21,343 nucleotides of DNA from an uncultured bacterium (lineage in GTDB: Bacteria; Bipolaricaulota; Bipolaricaulia; Bipolaricaulales; Bipolaricaulaceae). The notes beneath the pieces were generated by a model. The model was given only the letters and a program-made list of their open reading frames with translations, was not told where the DNA came from and did no database searches. Shown here one piece after another: positions 1-8,919 of this stretch; within the stretch, counting starts at the first letter, position 1, and every line of letters begins with the position of its first letter. The DNA is taken from NCBI GenBank assembly GCA_937122485.1, contig CAKZKH010000189.1, forward strand, positions 1 through 21,343. The letters run 5' to 3'. The position numbers were made by a program, and so were the translations under genes.

Positions 1-1
1 G

Positions 2-532
2 GCGGGGTATCCCACGTTGAGCGGGGACCTGTGGGTGTTTGGGGGTGGGGGATCGGGAGGTGCGACGACCGGGTTGGTTTTCGGGGGGCTGGGTTTCGGC
101 GGGAGCGCCTCGGCCTTGGCCCAGGCCAAACGCGTGGATTTGGAGCTGGGCTTCGGGGGGATCACGGTGGAATTTGCCCGGTCCCTGAGCGACAAAGCCC
201 TCTTTGGGCTAGGGGTGGCCTTGGGGGGAGGAGGCTTGGACCTCACCGTGCGGGCGCGCATCGCCACGGAGTTTGCCGAGGCGTTGACCCAGCCCACGAT
301 GAGCCAGTTCAGCCTGGGGTTCCTGGGGGGCCTGGCCTACTTGCGGCTCCACCTGCAAGTGCTGGACTGGCTTTCCCTCGAGGGGTGGGTCGGCTACTTC
401 CTGGGTTTGGCGGGGAACTGGGAGGAAGGCGGCCGGGAGATCCCGGGCCCCAAGATCGAGCTTCGCGCCCCATTTTTCGGCGTCCGGATTGGCTTGGGGG
501 GCTTTGGACCGATCGAAGAGGAGACACCTTGA
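2..532 (+). CDS. Glycine-rich hypothetical protein, 5'-partial. TTG at 17 is the first possible start in the window, but the frame is open to base 2. Alternating Gly/hydrophobic segments suggest a possible beta-rich or outer-membrane-like protein.
   Basis: The frame is open from the window edge to TGA at 530-532. GC3 is very high. A downstream gene with its own RBS follows 11 nt later. No family was recognised by eye. Confidence 0.4.
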   Translation, partial: AGYPTLSGDLWVFGGGGSGGATTGLVFGGLGFGGSASALAQAKRVDLELGFGGITVEFARSLSDKALFGLGVALGGGGLDLTVRARIATEFAEALTQPTMSQFSLGFLGGLAYLRLHLQVLDWLSLEGWVGYFLGLAGNWEEGGREIPGPKIELRAPFFGVRIGLGGFGPIEEETP

Positions 533-543
533 GGAGGAAAGAA

Positions 544-987
544 ATGAAAGCGCGTTTTTGGGGCTTGACGTTCCTGGGAGCTGGCTTGTTCCTTGGAGGC
601 TGCTTGACCCCCCAGGGCTCCTCGGAACCCACCCTGCGGTTCCAGGCCCAGACGCCCACCTGCGCTGTGGTGGAAGAGCACTTTTGGGCCTGGGGGGAGG
701 TGGGCAAGATCCTGTTCCAAGGTGGGGTTTACCTTCCCAACCCCTGCTACGAGGTGGAAGCTCAGCTTGAGCCCTTGCGCTGCGGGTGCTGCGCCCGCTG
801 CCCCAACACCTACCAGCTGCGGCTGGTCGCTACGCGCCAAAACGTGGTGTGCGTCGAGTGCCTGGGCACGGTGTCCTTTGCCGGGGAGATTCAGGGCCTG
901 GAGCCTGGCGTTTACGCCCTGGGCGCTGTCCTCGTCGTCGACGGTGCGGAGCGGCAGCTGACCGTTCTCCAGGTGGAGGTGAGGTGA
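544..987 (+). CDS. Cysteine-rich lipoprotein of about 147 aa, with a signal peptide and lipobox LFLGGC. Function unknown.
   Basis: The RBS GAGGAGGAAAGAA lies immediately upstream of ATG 544. The N-terminus reads MKARFWGLTFLGAGLFLGGC, which looks like a lipoprotein signal. Eight further Cys residues are present. Confidence 0.6.
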   Translation: MKARFWGLTFLGAGLFLGGCLTPQGSSEPTLRFQAQTPTCAVVEEHFWAWGEVGKILFQGGVYLPNPCYEVEAQLEPLRCGCCARCPNTYQLRLVATRQNVVCVECLGTVSFAGEIQGLEPGVYALGAVLVVDGAERQLTVLQVEVR

Positions 988-988
988 G

Positions 989-1495
989 CTACAAGCGCCA
1001 AGCGGCCACGATCTCCCCGAAAAACAGGGTGTGGAGGTTGCCCCCGCTGTAGTACTTGGTGCGGACGGAGGCGTCGAGGAGGCCGGCGGGTACAAGGGAC
1101 GTGCGCACCAGGACCCGGCACTCGTAGGCCACGTCGCAGCCGGCGATGATGGGCGGCCCCACTTCGGCCCCGGCCAGGGTCTGAAGCCGCAGGGCCTTGA
1201 ACTTGTCCACCTCCCGGCCGGAGTGGCTCCCGCAGAAAGCCAGCTCCTCCTTCATCTTCCCAATCGGCACGCACACGGTGAACTCCCCGGTTCGTTCGAT
1301 CACGCCGTGGGTGTAGCGGGTGGGGCGCACCAAGGCCAAGAACATGGGTTTCCCCCACACCGTGCCGATCAGGCCCCAGCCGATGGTCATGGCGTTGGGG
1401 CGACCGGCTTCGGCCCCCACCAGGAACGCCCCATCCCCGTGCAAAAGCTGCTCCTCCACGTCGGCAAACTTCGTCCAGGGCGCAATTCTCTTCAT
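989..1495 (-). CDS. Flavin reductase-like protein (FMN-binding split-barrel domain), 168 aa.
   Basis: Translation MKRIAPW...NAMTIGWGLIGTVWGKPMFLALVRPTRYTHGVIERTGEFTVCV resembles the flavin reductase domain (PF01613). ATG 1495-1493 overlaps the TGA of the upstream kinase gene (ATGA). Confidence 0.8.
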   Translation of the reverse strand: MKRIAPWTKFADVEEQLLHGDGAFLVGAEAGRPNAMTIGWGLIGTVWGKPMFLALVRPTRYTHGVIERTGEFTVCVPIGKMKEELAFCGSHSGREVDKFKALRLQTLAGAEVGPPIIAGCDVAYECRVLVRTSLVPAGLLDASVRTKYYSGGNLHTLFFGEIVAAWRL

Positions 1496-3216
1496 CGTCG
1501 CCTCCCCATGGCCCGCTCCAGCGGGTTTGGAAAGTAGCCGGTCAGGATGCCACCCCCGATGAACTCCCGCAAGATGGACGTGGCAGGGATCTCCTCCCCG
1601 GGGTAAGGGGGCAGCCAGCGCACCTCCGCAAGAAGCCGCTCCGCCTCCAGCTGTACCTTGGCCTGCCGCACCCCCAGAAGCAAAGGTTCCACCCGCGGCC
1701 GCAGCACCGACCACTCGTACACCAGCGCCGAGTTGAACATCACGTCCGCCTGACCCTGGTAGGGGAAGATGAACCGCTTCTCCCCCCGCCGGACATTGCC
1801 CCACACCTGGAGGGTCACCTCCGCAGGGTACCCGCGGAAGCTGACGTCCCGCACCAACCGACGCAGCAAGCGGGTGTCCGTGGTGGACAGCCGCACGTAG
1901 TCGTCCAAGTTGAGCTGGGTCAGCGCGGAAACGTAGATTTTGAACGTCTCCTTGGGATCGAAACCTTCGGGGAGGATGGCCGGGTTGAGGCAGTGCAGCC
2001 CCTCCACCAGCAACAGGGCGTCTTCAGAAAGCTTCAGTTCCAGGCCGTCTTCCCTCCGGCCGGTGGGGAAGTCGAACCGGGGCAAGCGCACGGTCTGACC
2101 CGAAAACAGGGCCGCCATGTGTTCCTTGAACAGGGGGACATCGATGGCCGCCAGATCGTCGAAGTCCGTCAGGCCCCGCTGGGCCATTACCTCCCGGCTC
2201 AAGTAGTAGTCGTCCAAGGACACGGGGTAGGGCCGGAGCCCGAGGGCCAAAAGCTGGATGGCCAGCCGCTTGGTGAACGTGGACTTGCCGGCCGAAGAAG
2301 GACCGGCGATGAGCACCAGGCGGGGAAGCGGGGTGCGCCCCACGATCATCTCCGCGATCTGGGCGATCTTCTGGCTGTGCAGGGCCTCGGAAACAAGGAT
2401 CACCTCCGTCATCCGCCCCGTGCGCACCGCCTCCCGGACGGTCCAGGCGTCGTACACCCCCAACAGCTCCAGCCACCGCCCGTACTCGTCGAACACCTGG
2501 AGCAAGGGATGGTAGTCCTCGGTGGGGCCCAGTTCCGTGGGCTTCTCCCGGCGGGGGAAGCGGAGGATGAACCCCTGGTGGTAGGGGGTAAGGGCGAAGT
2601 ACCGCAGGTACCCGGTGGAGGGGACCATGGGGCCAAAGAAGTGATCGCGCAGCGGCCCCAAGGTGTAAATCGGAACCGGTTGAGCGTTCCAGCAGGCCTG
2701 GAGCATTTCGCCCTTGGTGCCCTGACCCTGACCTCGGAGAACCTCCCCCACCTCCGCCAAGGGGAGAAGCTCTTTTCCAATGGGCAGGTTTCGCTCCACA
2801 AGGGCCCGCATGTGGGTCTCCACCCGGCGGAGCTCGCTGGGGGTGAAGGGGGGCCGGCCGGCCAAGCGGCAATAGTACCCCCCGAAAGGCACGGAGTGGT
2901 CGATGATCAGGCGCACCCCGGGGAACAGCTCCCGCACCGCCGCGGCCAAAAGGAAGCTCAGCGAGCGGGTGTAGATGCGGATCCCTTCGGAGTCGGTGAG
3001 GAAAACAGGGCGGACCTCGGCGTCCTCCCTCAACGGCTCGGACAGCTCCTGGAGCTTGCCGTCCACCACAGCGGCCATGGCCGGAATCAGGGGATCGGGG
3101 TAGGCCCCGGCCACAAACTCCTCCAGGGGCGTGCCCACCGTTCCTTCCAAAATCCGACCATCCGGAAAGCGCGCCTGGACCGTATCCCTAAGCTGAGCAG
3201 GCCATACCTTGGCCAT
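1492..3216 (-). CDS. Uridine kinase/phosphoribulokinase-family P-loop kinase with a long N-terminal extension (TGS/ThrRS-N-like), 574 aa.
   Basis: The Walker A motif GPSSAGKSTFTKRL is followed by PRK-family residues (LDDYY, DFDDL). The domain architecture resembles the ~550-aa uridine-kinase family proteins. The start was chosen at ATG 3216 (MAKVWPAQL) rather than the longest ORF. Confidence 0.7.
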   Translation of the reverse strand: MAKVWPAQLRDTVQARFPDGRILEGTVGTPLEEFVAGAYPDPLIPAMAAVVDGKLQELSEPLREDAEVRPVFLTDSEGIRIYTRSLSFLLAAAVRELFPGVRLIIDHSVPFGGYYCRLAGRPPFTPSELRRVETHMRALVERNLPIGKELLPLAEVGEVLRGQGQGTKGEMLQACWNAQPVPIYTLGPLRDHFFGPMVPSTGYLRYFALTPYHQGFILRFPRREKPTELGPTEDYHPLLQVFDEYGRWLELLGVYDAWTVREAVRTGRMTEVILVSEALHSQKIAQIAEMIVGRTPLPRLVLIAGPSSAGKSTFTKRLAIQLLALGLRPYPVSLDDYYLSREVMAQRGLTDFDDLAAIDVPLFKEHMAALFSGQTVRLPRFDFPTGRREDGLELKLSEDALLLVEGLHCLNPAILPEGFDPKETFKIYVSALTQLNLDDYVRLSTTDTRLLRRLVRDVSFRGYPAEVTLQVWGNVRRGEKRFIFPYQGQADVMFNSALVYEWSVLRPRVEPLLLGVRQAKVQLEAERLLAEVRWLPPYPGEEIPATSILREFIGGGILTGYFPNPLERAMGRRR

Positions 3217-3320
3217 GGGAACGGCAAGTATAACCCGAAGGAACCACGGAGGGGGCCCGGCCGAACAACCTTGCTCGCCGCCACCCACCCCGGTGCTCGC
3301 GCCCTAAAGGCCGCCAAGGC

Positions 3321-3917
3321 TTAGGAAAGCAGCACCGCGGCCCCGGAGGGGACGGCCCGACCACGGTAGAGGAAGGTCAGCTGGCGGAACGCCGCCCAGA
3401 GGTCAAATTCGTTCAGGGCGCTTACGCAATCCTTGGGGACGATCACCCGCAACCCCCGCAGGGCCGCCGAGCCCGCGGCGTGAAGAACACAGATGTTCGC
3501 CACCGTGCCCACCACCACCAGGTTCTTCACGCCCCACTTCCTCAAGATCTCGTCGAGCTCGGTGCGGAAAAACGGGTCGTAGGTGGTCTTGCGCACCACG
3601 GGCTCGCCCTCCCTTGGGGCAAGCTCAGCCACGACTTCCGCACCCCAGGTCCCCTCCACCACGTGGGGCGGCCAAATCCGGAACTCCGGATCGTCGGGCC
3701 GGTGCCAGTCCTGGGTGAAGGCGACCCTCACCCGTTGGGCCCGGGCCCGGGAAAGAAGTGCAGAAATTGGCTGGATCGTGGCCGGGGCGGCGGGGACGAA
3801 CAGGGCCCCGTTTTCCCGCACGAAGTCGTTTTGCATGTCCACCACCAGGAGGGCCGTCTCCTCCCGCCGCAGCTCGATCCTCTCCGTCCAGGGGATTTCT
3901 GGAACTTCCACGTTCAT
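3321..3917 (-). CDS. pncA: Nicotinamidase (isochorismatase-family cysteine hydrolase), 198 aa.
   Basis: The isochorismatase fold includes LLVVDMQNDF and a catalytic Cys in VVVGTVANICVLHAA. RBS GGTGGAGGTG precedes ATG 3917. The start overlaps the pncB stop (ATGA). Confidence 0.8.
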   Translation of the reverse strand: MNVEVPEIPWTERIELRREETALLVVDMQNDFVRENGALFVPAAPATIQPISALLSRARAQRVRVAFTQDWHRPDDPEFRIWPPHVVEGTWGAEVVAELAPREGEPVVRKTTYDPFFRTELDEILRKWGVKNLVVVGTVANICVLHAAGSAALRGLRVIVPKDCVSALNEFDLWAAFRQLTFLYRGRAVPSGAAVLLS

Positions 3918-5215
3918 TTTGCCACCTCCACCAAGGCCTGGAGCTTGGACGAAAGCCGAACCGGGTAGTCGGGAACTTCGCAGGGGGAAAGGTCGGCCAG
4001 CTCCGGAGGAAGACCAAAAAGACTCTGGCGGACCTCTTCTCGGCGTCTGGCGAGTTCGAGTTTGGAAACGAGCCTTTCCCCGCGGACAAAAACCTTCTTG
4101 AGGAGCGGGCGACCCGGGCCTTTTTCCTCGTCTAAGGTTACTAGGTCCGCAAAGCCCTCCCGCCAGACCTGGCACTTTCCCGGAAGGGTGAGTTTCCCTG
4201 GGCTCTTTTTCATCCGCGGCCCCTTTTCGTCCTCGACGAGTTTGTAGACCCCGCCCAGGGCGGGAACGTCCCAGGACACCCCGAGCCGGGTTCCCACCCC
4301 GTACCCCCAAGCCACACCCCCCCGCCTCCGGAATTCTAGGATCCGGTACTCATCGAGATCGCCGGACACGAAAACCCTGATCTCCGGAAGGCCGGCCTCG
4401 TCCAGGATCCTTCGCACCTCCCGGGATAAGACTGCGAGGTCGCCGGAGTCCAGGCGAACTCCCACCACGGTCTTCCCCGTTTCTTTGGCCTCCTTGGCCG
4501 CTCGAACGGCGTTTCTTGCGCCCTGGATGGTGTCGTAGGTGTCGATGAGGAGAACCGGGTGGGGATGGTCTTCCACGAAGGTCCGGAAAGCCGAGAGTTC
4601 GTCGGGGAAGGAGAGGACGTAGGAGTGGGCCATGGTGCCCACCACGGGGATCCCGTAGAGCTTTCCTGCCAGGACGTTGGAGGTGCCGTGGAAGCCGGCG
4701 AGGAAGCTGGCCCGGGCGGCGCGGAGGGCCGCTTCCACCCCGTGGTCCCGACGGGGACTGAAGTCCACCACCACCGCCTCCGGCCCTGCCGCCACCAAGA
4801 TCCGCGCGGCCTTGGAAGCCACCAGGGTCTCGTAGTTGAGGACGTTGAGAAGCAAAGTCTCGATGAGCTGGGCTTGGATCCGCGGGGCGGTCACCGTCAG
4901 CAACGGCTCGTTAGGAAAAGCAATCTCCCCCTCGTCCATGGCCCAGACCTCTCCGGAAAACCGGAAGCTTGCCAGGTAGTCCAAAAAGGACCGGTGGAAG
5001 AGGCCCAAGCCCTGAAGGTAATCCAGGTCTTCTTCGGCAAACCGGAACTGTGGCAGAGCCTCCAGGAACGTGTCCAGGCCGGCGAAGAGGAGGAAGCGAC
5101 GGTGGGGGACCGGGGAGCGGACGAAGTAGGCGAAGGTGGCCTCCTGGTCCATCCCCTGTCGGAAGTAGGAGTAGGCCATGGTGAGCTCGTAAAGGTCCAG
5201 GAAAAGCCCGGGCAT
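3914..5215 (-). CDS. pncB: Nicotinate phosphoribosyltransferase, 433 aa.
   Basis: The N-terminus MPGLFLDLYELTMAYSYFRQG and internal GTMAHSYV motifs are characteristic of NAPRTase. It is translationally coupled to pncA. Confidence 0.9.
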   Translation of the reverse strand: MPGLFLDLYELTMAYSYFRQGMDQEATFAYFVRSPVPHRRFLLFAGLDTFLEALPQFRFAEEDLDYLQGLGLFHRSFLDYLASFRFSGEVWAMDEGEIAFPNEPLLTVTAPRIQAQLIETLLLNVLNYETLVASKAARILVAAGPEAVVVDFSPRRDHGVEAALRAARASFLAGFHGTSNVLAGKLYGIPVVGTMAHSYVLSFPDELSAFRTFVEDHPHPVLLIDTYDTIQGARNAVRAAKEAKETGKTVVGVRLDSGDLAVLSREVRRILDEAGLPEIRVFVSGDLDEYRILEFRRRGGVAWGYGVGTRLGVSWDVPALGGVYKLVEDEKGPRMKKSPGKLTLPGKCQVWREGFADLVTLDEEKGPGRPLLKKVFVRGERLVSKLELARRREEVRQSLFGLPPELADLSPCEVPDYPVRLSSKLQALVEVAK

Positions 5216-5467
5216 GCCAACTGAATTCTAGCGGAAGGAACCGGCAACGCTCAGCCCTTGGACTCCTCGGCCTAGCACGGCCTTACCCAAGGAGAGCCAC
5301 CAGGGGAAAGTTCTTTGGGGCGATGTTTGCGCCGAAAGTTGCGACCGGGCAACCGGTGCTCGTTCACCCTCTCCTACGTAGGGGGCAAGGCCCTTGGGAC
5401 AGGGGATTCACAGTAGGGGTAAGGTTCCCTGCCTACCGAACCGTGCGCTCATACCAAGAAGGCGCGT

Positions 5468-6007
5468 TCACACCACGGCGGCGTAGGTCTGGAAGTCCCG
5501 CGGGGAGAAGAGCACAAACCGGACTTCGCCGAACGCGCCGGGATGCGCCACCAAGTAAGCACGCACCGTTTGGAGGGCGACCCGGGCCGCCTCCGCCACG
5601 GGGTAACCGTACACCCCGGTGGAGATGCTGGGAAAAGCCAGGGAACGGATCCCTCGCGTTCGAGCGAGTTTTAGGCATGAGCGATAGGCCCGAGCCAAGA
5701 GCTCAGGCTCCCCGTGCGTTCCCCCTCGCCAAACAGGCCCCACGGTGTGGATCACCCAACGGGCGGGAAGCTTCCCTCCTGGGGTGATCACCGCGTCCCC
5801 TGTAGGCAGAGGACCGCGTTCCCTACGGATTTGGGCCGCAGCCTCCGTCACCGCAGGCCCACCGGCGCGGTGGATGGCCCCGGAAACCCCACCGCCCGGG
5901 GTCAGGTCCGGGTTGGCTGCATTCACGATCGCTTCTACATCCTGCTGGGTAATGTCCCCTTGGACGAGCACGAGCTTGGTCCCGGCCACCTCGACCTCAT
6001 GCCTCAT
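5468..6007 (-). CDS. Macro-domain protein (ADP-ribose / O-acetyl-ADP-ribose processing, YmdB/Af1521-like), 179 aa.
   Basis: Sequence GDITQQDVEAIVNAANPDLTPGGGVSGAIHRAGG...ISTGVYGYP is a typical macro domain. The start was set at ATG 6007, preceded by AAAGGGGGGAGT, rather than at the upstream in-frame ATG 6037. Confidence 0.85.
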   Translation of the reverse strand: MRHEVEVAGTKLVLVQGDITQQDVEAIVNAANPDLTPGGGVSGAIHRAGGPAVTEAAAQIRRERGPLPTGDAVITPGGKLPARWVIHTVGPVWRGGTHGEPELLARAYRSCLKLARTRGIRSLAFPSISTGVYGYPVAEAARVALQTVRAYLVAHPGAFGEVRFVLFSPRDFQTYAAVV

Positions 6008-6078
6008 ACTCCCCCCTTTCGCCCTAGAACCACACAAGAACCATCAGCTCCAAAGCCCAACGCTCCTGCTCCACGCGT

Positions 6079-6879
6079 TCACGCTGCACCGGGAACAGTT
6101 TGGCGGGCCAACTGAACCAGCCCCTGGGCCAACTCCAGTGCTTCCCGGGCCCGTGAGGGGCGAATGCGCTCGCGGGGAGCCAAAGCCGCGCGGTCCCCCA
6201 TGTGCAGGGAGACGTTCTCCATGCGGAGGAGGGTCTTGAACCTGCGGAACCCGGGGCTGCGGCGCACGGCCCGGGCCAAAAGATCGGAAATCCCCTCCCC
6301 TTCGAGCACCGAAGGGTCCTCACCCTGGACGACAAGCCAAGCCCGCAGGGCCCGATCGCAGGCGGTCAACGCCGCAGCGAAAGCCCAGTCGTAGACCCTC
6401 TGGCCCAACAGGAGTTCGGCCACGGAAAGATCGTGCTCGGCCTGCTCCAGGTACCGCCGCGCTTCCTCCCAGTCCACCTCCACCTCGCGCGCCCCCACCC
6501 CGGCCCGCAGCTCGTCCAGCATCCCCTCGTCGGGGAACCCCAGGCGATGGGCAAGCTCGTGGTACACCGTGCGCCGAATTTGGTCCCTCAGCTCCTCGGG
6601 AGTCTGGCACCATTCCTCCAGCGGCCGCTTGTAGATGACGAGCGTCCCCTCAAAATCCCTGGGGTTTTCGGCCTCGAGGATGGAGGGGCCCTCGTACATC
6701 CCAAACGGGTAGTCCGGGGGCACCAGCCCCCACTCCCGCATGAGCTCGTCCTCAGGGTAGTCCTCGACGCGGACCTCCAGCCCCTGGAGGTAGGGCCGAA
6801 ACGAGGAGGGCAGTTCCTCCAGGGCCCCGCGCACCAGGGCCTGGAAGGCCGCGGGCGTCAAGTGCACCGGCATACCCAA
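6079..6879 (-). CDS. Fusion protein of 266 aa. The N-terminal ~125 aa is a Zincin_1/DUF1025-type minimal metallopeptidase (HELAH). The C-terminal ~130 aa is a HEPN domain.
   Basis: YHELAHRLGFPDEGMLDEL is the signature C-terminus of the small zincin-like family. DWEEARRYLEQAEHDLSVAELLL...AFAAALTACDRALRAWLV...SRAREALELAQGLVQ follows the HEPN (PF05168-like) helical pattern. The two domains lie in one continuous ORF. Confidence 0.7.
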   Translation of the reverse strand: MGMPVHLTPAAFQALVRGALEELPSSFRPYLQGLEVRVEDYPEDELMREWGLVPPDYPFGMYEGPSILEAENPRDFEGTLVIYKRPLEEWCQTPEELRDQIRRTVYHELAHRLGFPDEGMLDELRAGVGAREVEVDWEEARRYLEQAEHDLSVAELLLGQRVYDWAFAAALTACDRALRAWLVVQGEDPSVLEGEGISDLLARAVRRSPGFRRFKTLLRMENVSLHMGDRAALAPRERIRPSRAREALELAQGLVQLARQTVPGAA

Positions 6880-6900
6880 AAATTATAGAATGCGGGGGGG
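6880..6900. promoter_or_regulatory. AT-rich divergent promoter region. On the minus strand, TATAAT lies 7 nt before the zincin-HEPN ATG, suggesting a leaderless transcript. On the plus strand, TAGAAT is followed by a G-rich SD for the flotillin gene.
   Basis: The sequence aaaaattatagaat is the only AT-rich patch between the divergent genes. On the minus strand it reads TTCTATAATTTTTGGGATG. On the plus strand TAGAAT is 17 nt before ATG 6909, with GGGGGGGTGA as SD. Confidence 0.35.
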
Positions 6901-6908
6901 TGATCCCG

Positions 6909-8873
6909 ATGGAGTTGTGGATTTGGGTGGCCGCAGGCGTTTTGCTGGTGTTGCTCGTGCCCTCCATTCGCATCATTGGCCCGGACCAGGTGGGTCTGGT
7001 CATCAAGCGGTTGAGCTTCAAGAAGCTCAAGGAGGGCGAGGTGGTGGCCTTCCAGGGGGAGGCGGGATACCAAGCGGATCTTCTCCTCCCTGGCTGGCGG
7101 TTCAAGCTGTGGATTCTGTACAGCGTGAGCAAGCACCCCATGGTGCAGATCCCAGCCGGCCAGATCGGGGTGGTGATTGCCCAGGTGGGGAAGCCTTTGG
7201 ACCCTGGAGCCAAGTCCGGGGTGTACAAGCCCGAGTTCGGGGATTTCCGGGACCTCCGCAAGTTCATGGGACTGGGAGGACAGAAGGGGGTGCAACGGCC
7301 GGTGCTTCCCCCGGGGACTGTGGCCCCCATTCATCCCGTGGGGTTCTTGGTGATCACCAAGGACCGGGTGTACGGGGTGCCCATCTCCCCGGAGCTGCAG
7401 GCGGAAAAGAAGTTGGGGCCGGCCACGTGGGGCCTCAAGCCCGAGGACTTCACCGTCACCGTGATCGAACCCCTCATGCGCCAGCTCCCCGACGGGACCT
7501 CCAAGCGGGTCGACGTGGTGGGAATTGTGGAAACGTTCGAAGGCCCACCTCTGGAGCCGGGGGACATTGCCGGGCGGCTGGAGGGATTCTCCGACCTTGC
7601 GGACCTGGAACGGAACGGGGCCGACGACCTCACCTTGGTCAACGCCGTCCTCAACAGCAAGAACAAGTTGCACAACAACTACCAGGACTACCAAGCGTTC
7701 CTCGACCACGGGGGCCGCATCGGCATCCAACACGACCCCCTCCTCTACGGGGCCTACAACCTCAACCCCTTCCTCGTACGCGTGCGGCGGGTGCCCATGG
7801 TGGTGGTGGAGCAGGGGGAAGTGGCGGTGATCAAGTCCTACGTGGGCCTGGAGCCGCGGGACGTGTCCGGGGCGGAGTTCCGGTTTGGGACCCTTGTACG
7901 GCCCGGCCACCGCGGGATCTGGCGGGAGCCGTTGCGCACCGGCAAGTACGCCCTCAACCCGTACTGCTACGACCACGAGATCGTCCCCACCTACATCCTC
8001 ACCCTTAACTGGGCTCTGCAAACCTCCGAGGCCCACAAGCTCGACCGCCACCTCAGCCAAATCGTGGCCAAAAGCCGCGAGGGGTTCGTGTTCAGAATCG
8101 ACCTCCAGGTGCAGATTCACATCCCCGACGTCCAGGCCCCCCGGGTGATCTCCGCCGTGGGCACGATGGCCAACCTGGTGGATGAAGTGCTCCAGGCCGC
8201 GGTGGGCAACCACTTCCGAGACAAGCTGCAAAGCATGCCGGCCATCATGTTCATCGAGAACCGCCAGCGCGTCCAAGAAGAGGCCCTCCACCACATCAGC
8301 CAGCAGCTCAAGGTGTACAACGTCGACACCCGGGGCGTGTTCATCCAGGACGTCATCCTCCCCGATCAACTCGTGGAGGTGCTCACCCAGCGGGAGATCG
8401 CCAACCAGCAAATTCAGACCTACCGCAAGCAGCAAGAGGCCGAGACCGTGCGCATTGAAACGGAGAAACAGCGGGGCACAGCGGACCAGCAGGCCGAGCT
8501 GGCTCGGTCCATGGTGGGCATCGAGATCGCCAGAAACCAGGCCTCGGCCCGCGTGGCCCAAGCCGAGGGGGAAGCCACGTACCTGGAGAAGGTGGGCACG
8601 GCCAAGGCGGCCGAGGTGCGGGCCGTGGGCCTGGCCCGGGCCGAGGCCTACGCCAAGCAGGTCCAAGCCCTGGGGGCGGACAACACCGCCTTGGTCAACG
8701 TCATCACCGCCCTGGCCACCAGCCAGCAGCCGTTCGTGCCCGAGGTGTACGTGGGGGGCAACGAGGCCCGCGGCGCTGCCGACGCTCTTTACGCCACCCT
8801 CACAGGACTCCTGCGCAAGGGGGGTCTGTCGGCCGTCTTGGGCCCAGGGGAGGGCAAAACCAGCGCCACGTAA
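6909..8873 (+). CDS. Flotillin-family SPFH/band-7 membrane protein, 654 aa, with an N-terminal TM helix, tandem SPFH-like regions and a C-terminal coiled coil.
   Basis: The N-terminal TM is MELWIWVAAGVLLVLLV. SPFH-like segments begin at PDQVGLVIKR and MVVVEQGEVAVIKSY. The long Ala/Gln/Glu-rich coiled-coil tail (QTYRKQQEAETVRIETEKQRGTADQQAELAR...) is typical of flotillin or YqiK. Confidence 0.85.
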   Translation: MELWIWVAAGVLLVLLVPSIRIIGPDQVGLVIKRLSFKKLKEGEVVAFQGEAGYQADLLLPGWRFKLWILYSVSKHPMVQIPAGQIGVVIAQVGKPLDPGAKSGVYKPEFGDFRDLRKFMGLGGQKGVQRPVLPPGTVAPIHPVGFLVITKDRVYGVPISPELQAEKKLGPATWGLKPEDFTVTVIEPLMRQLPDGTSKRVDVVGIVETFEGPPLEPGDIAGRLEGFSDLADLERNGADDLTLVNAVLNSKNKLHNNYQDYQAFLDHGGRIGIQHDPLLYGAYNLNPFLVRVRRVPMVVVEQGEVAVIKSYVGLEPRDVSGAEFRFGTLVRPGHRGIWREPLRTGKYALNPYCYDHEIVPTYILTLNWALQTSEAHKLDRHLSQIVAKSREGFVFRIDLQVQIHIPDVQAPRVISAVGTMANLVDEVLQAAVGNHFRDKLQSMPAIMFIENRQRVQEEALHHISQQLKVYNVDTRGVFIQDVILPDQLVEVLTQREIANQQIQTYRKQQEAETVRIETEKQRGTADQQAELARSMVGIEIARNQASARVAQAEGEATYLEKVGTAKAAEVRAVGLARAEAYAKQVQALGADNTALVNVITALATSQQPFVPEVYVGGNEARGAADALYATLTGLLRKGGLSAVLGPGEGKTSAT

Positions 8874-8919
8874 ACCACCTGGGGTTGCAGCGCGCAGAGA
8901 AGAGCGTAACGTTGCCCCC

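Noticed and set aside
1993-3324. 443-aa plus-strand ORF and several other long ORFs antisense to the kinase gene (2024-2872, 2409-2801).
   Set aside because: They are the same kind of high-GC antisense artifact. The minus strand carries a clear P-loop kinase with proper codon bias.
5323-5787. 154-aa plus-strand ORF in the pncB / macro-domain intergenic region.
   Set aside because: It is Arg/Pro-rich junk overlapping the macro gene on the opposite strand, with no start signals. The 252-bp intergenic region itself showed only weak hairpins and no riboswitch I could recognise.
8182-8919. In-frame N-terminal extension of the nitrilase ORF, giving a 513-aa reading.
   Set aside because: The extension is rich in Ser/Thr/Arg/Pro/Cys and overlaps the flotillin gene 3' half in another frame. 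The nitrilase fold begins at the internal ATG 8920 (MRVGYVQFGP).
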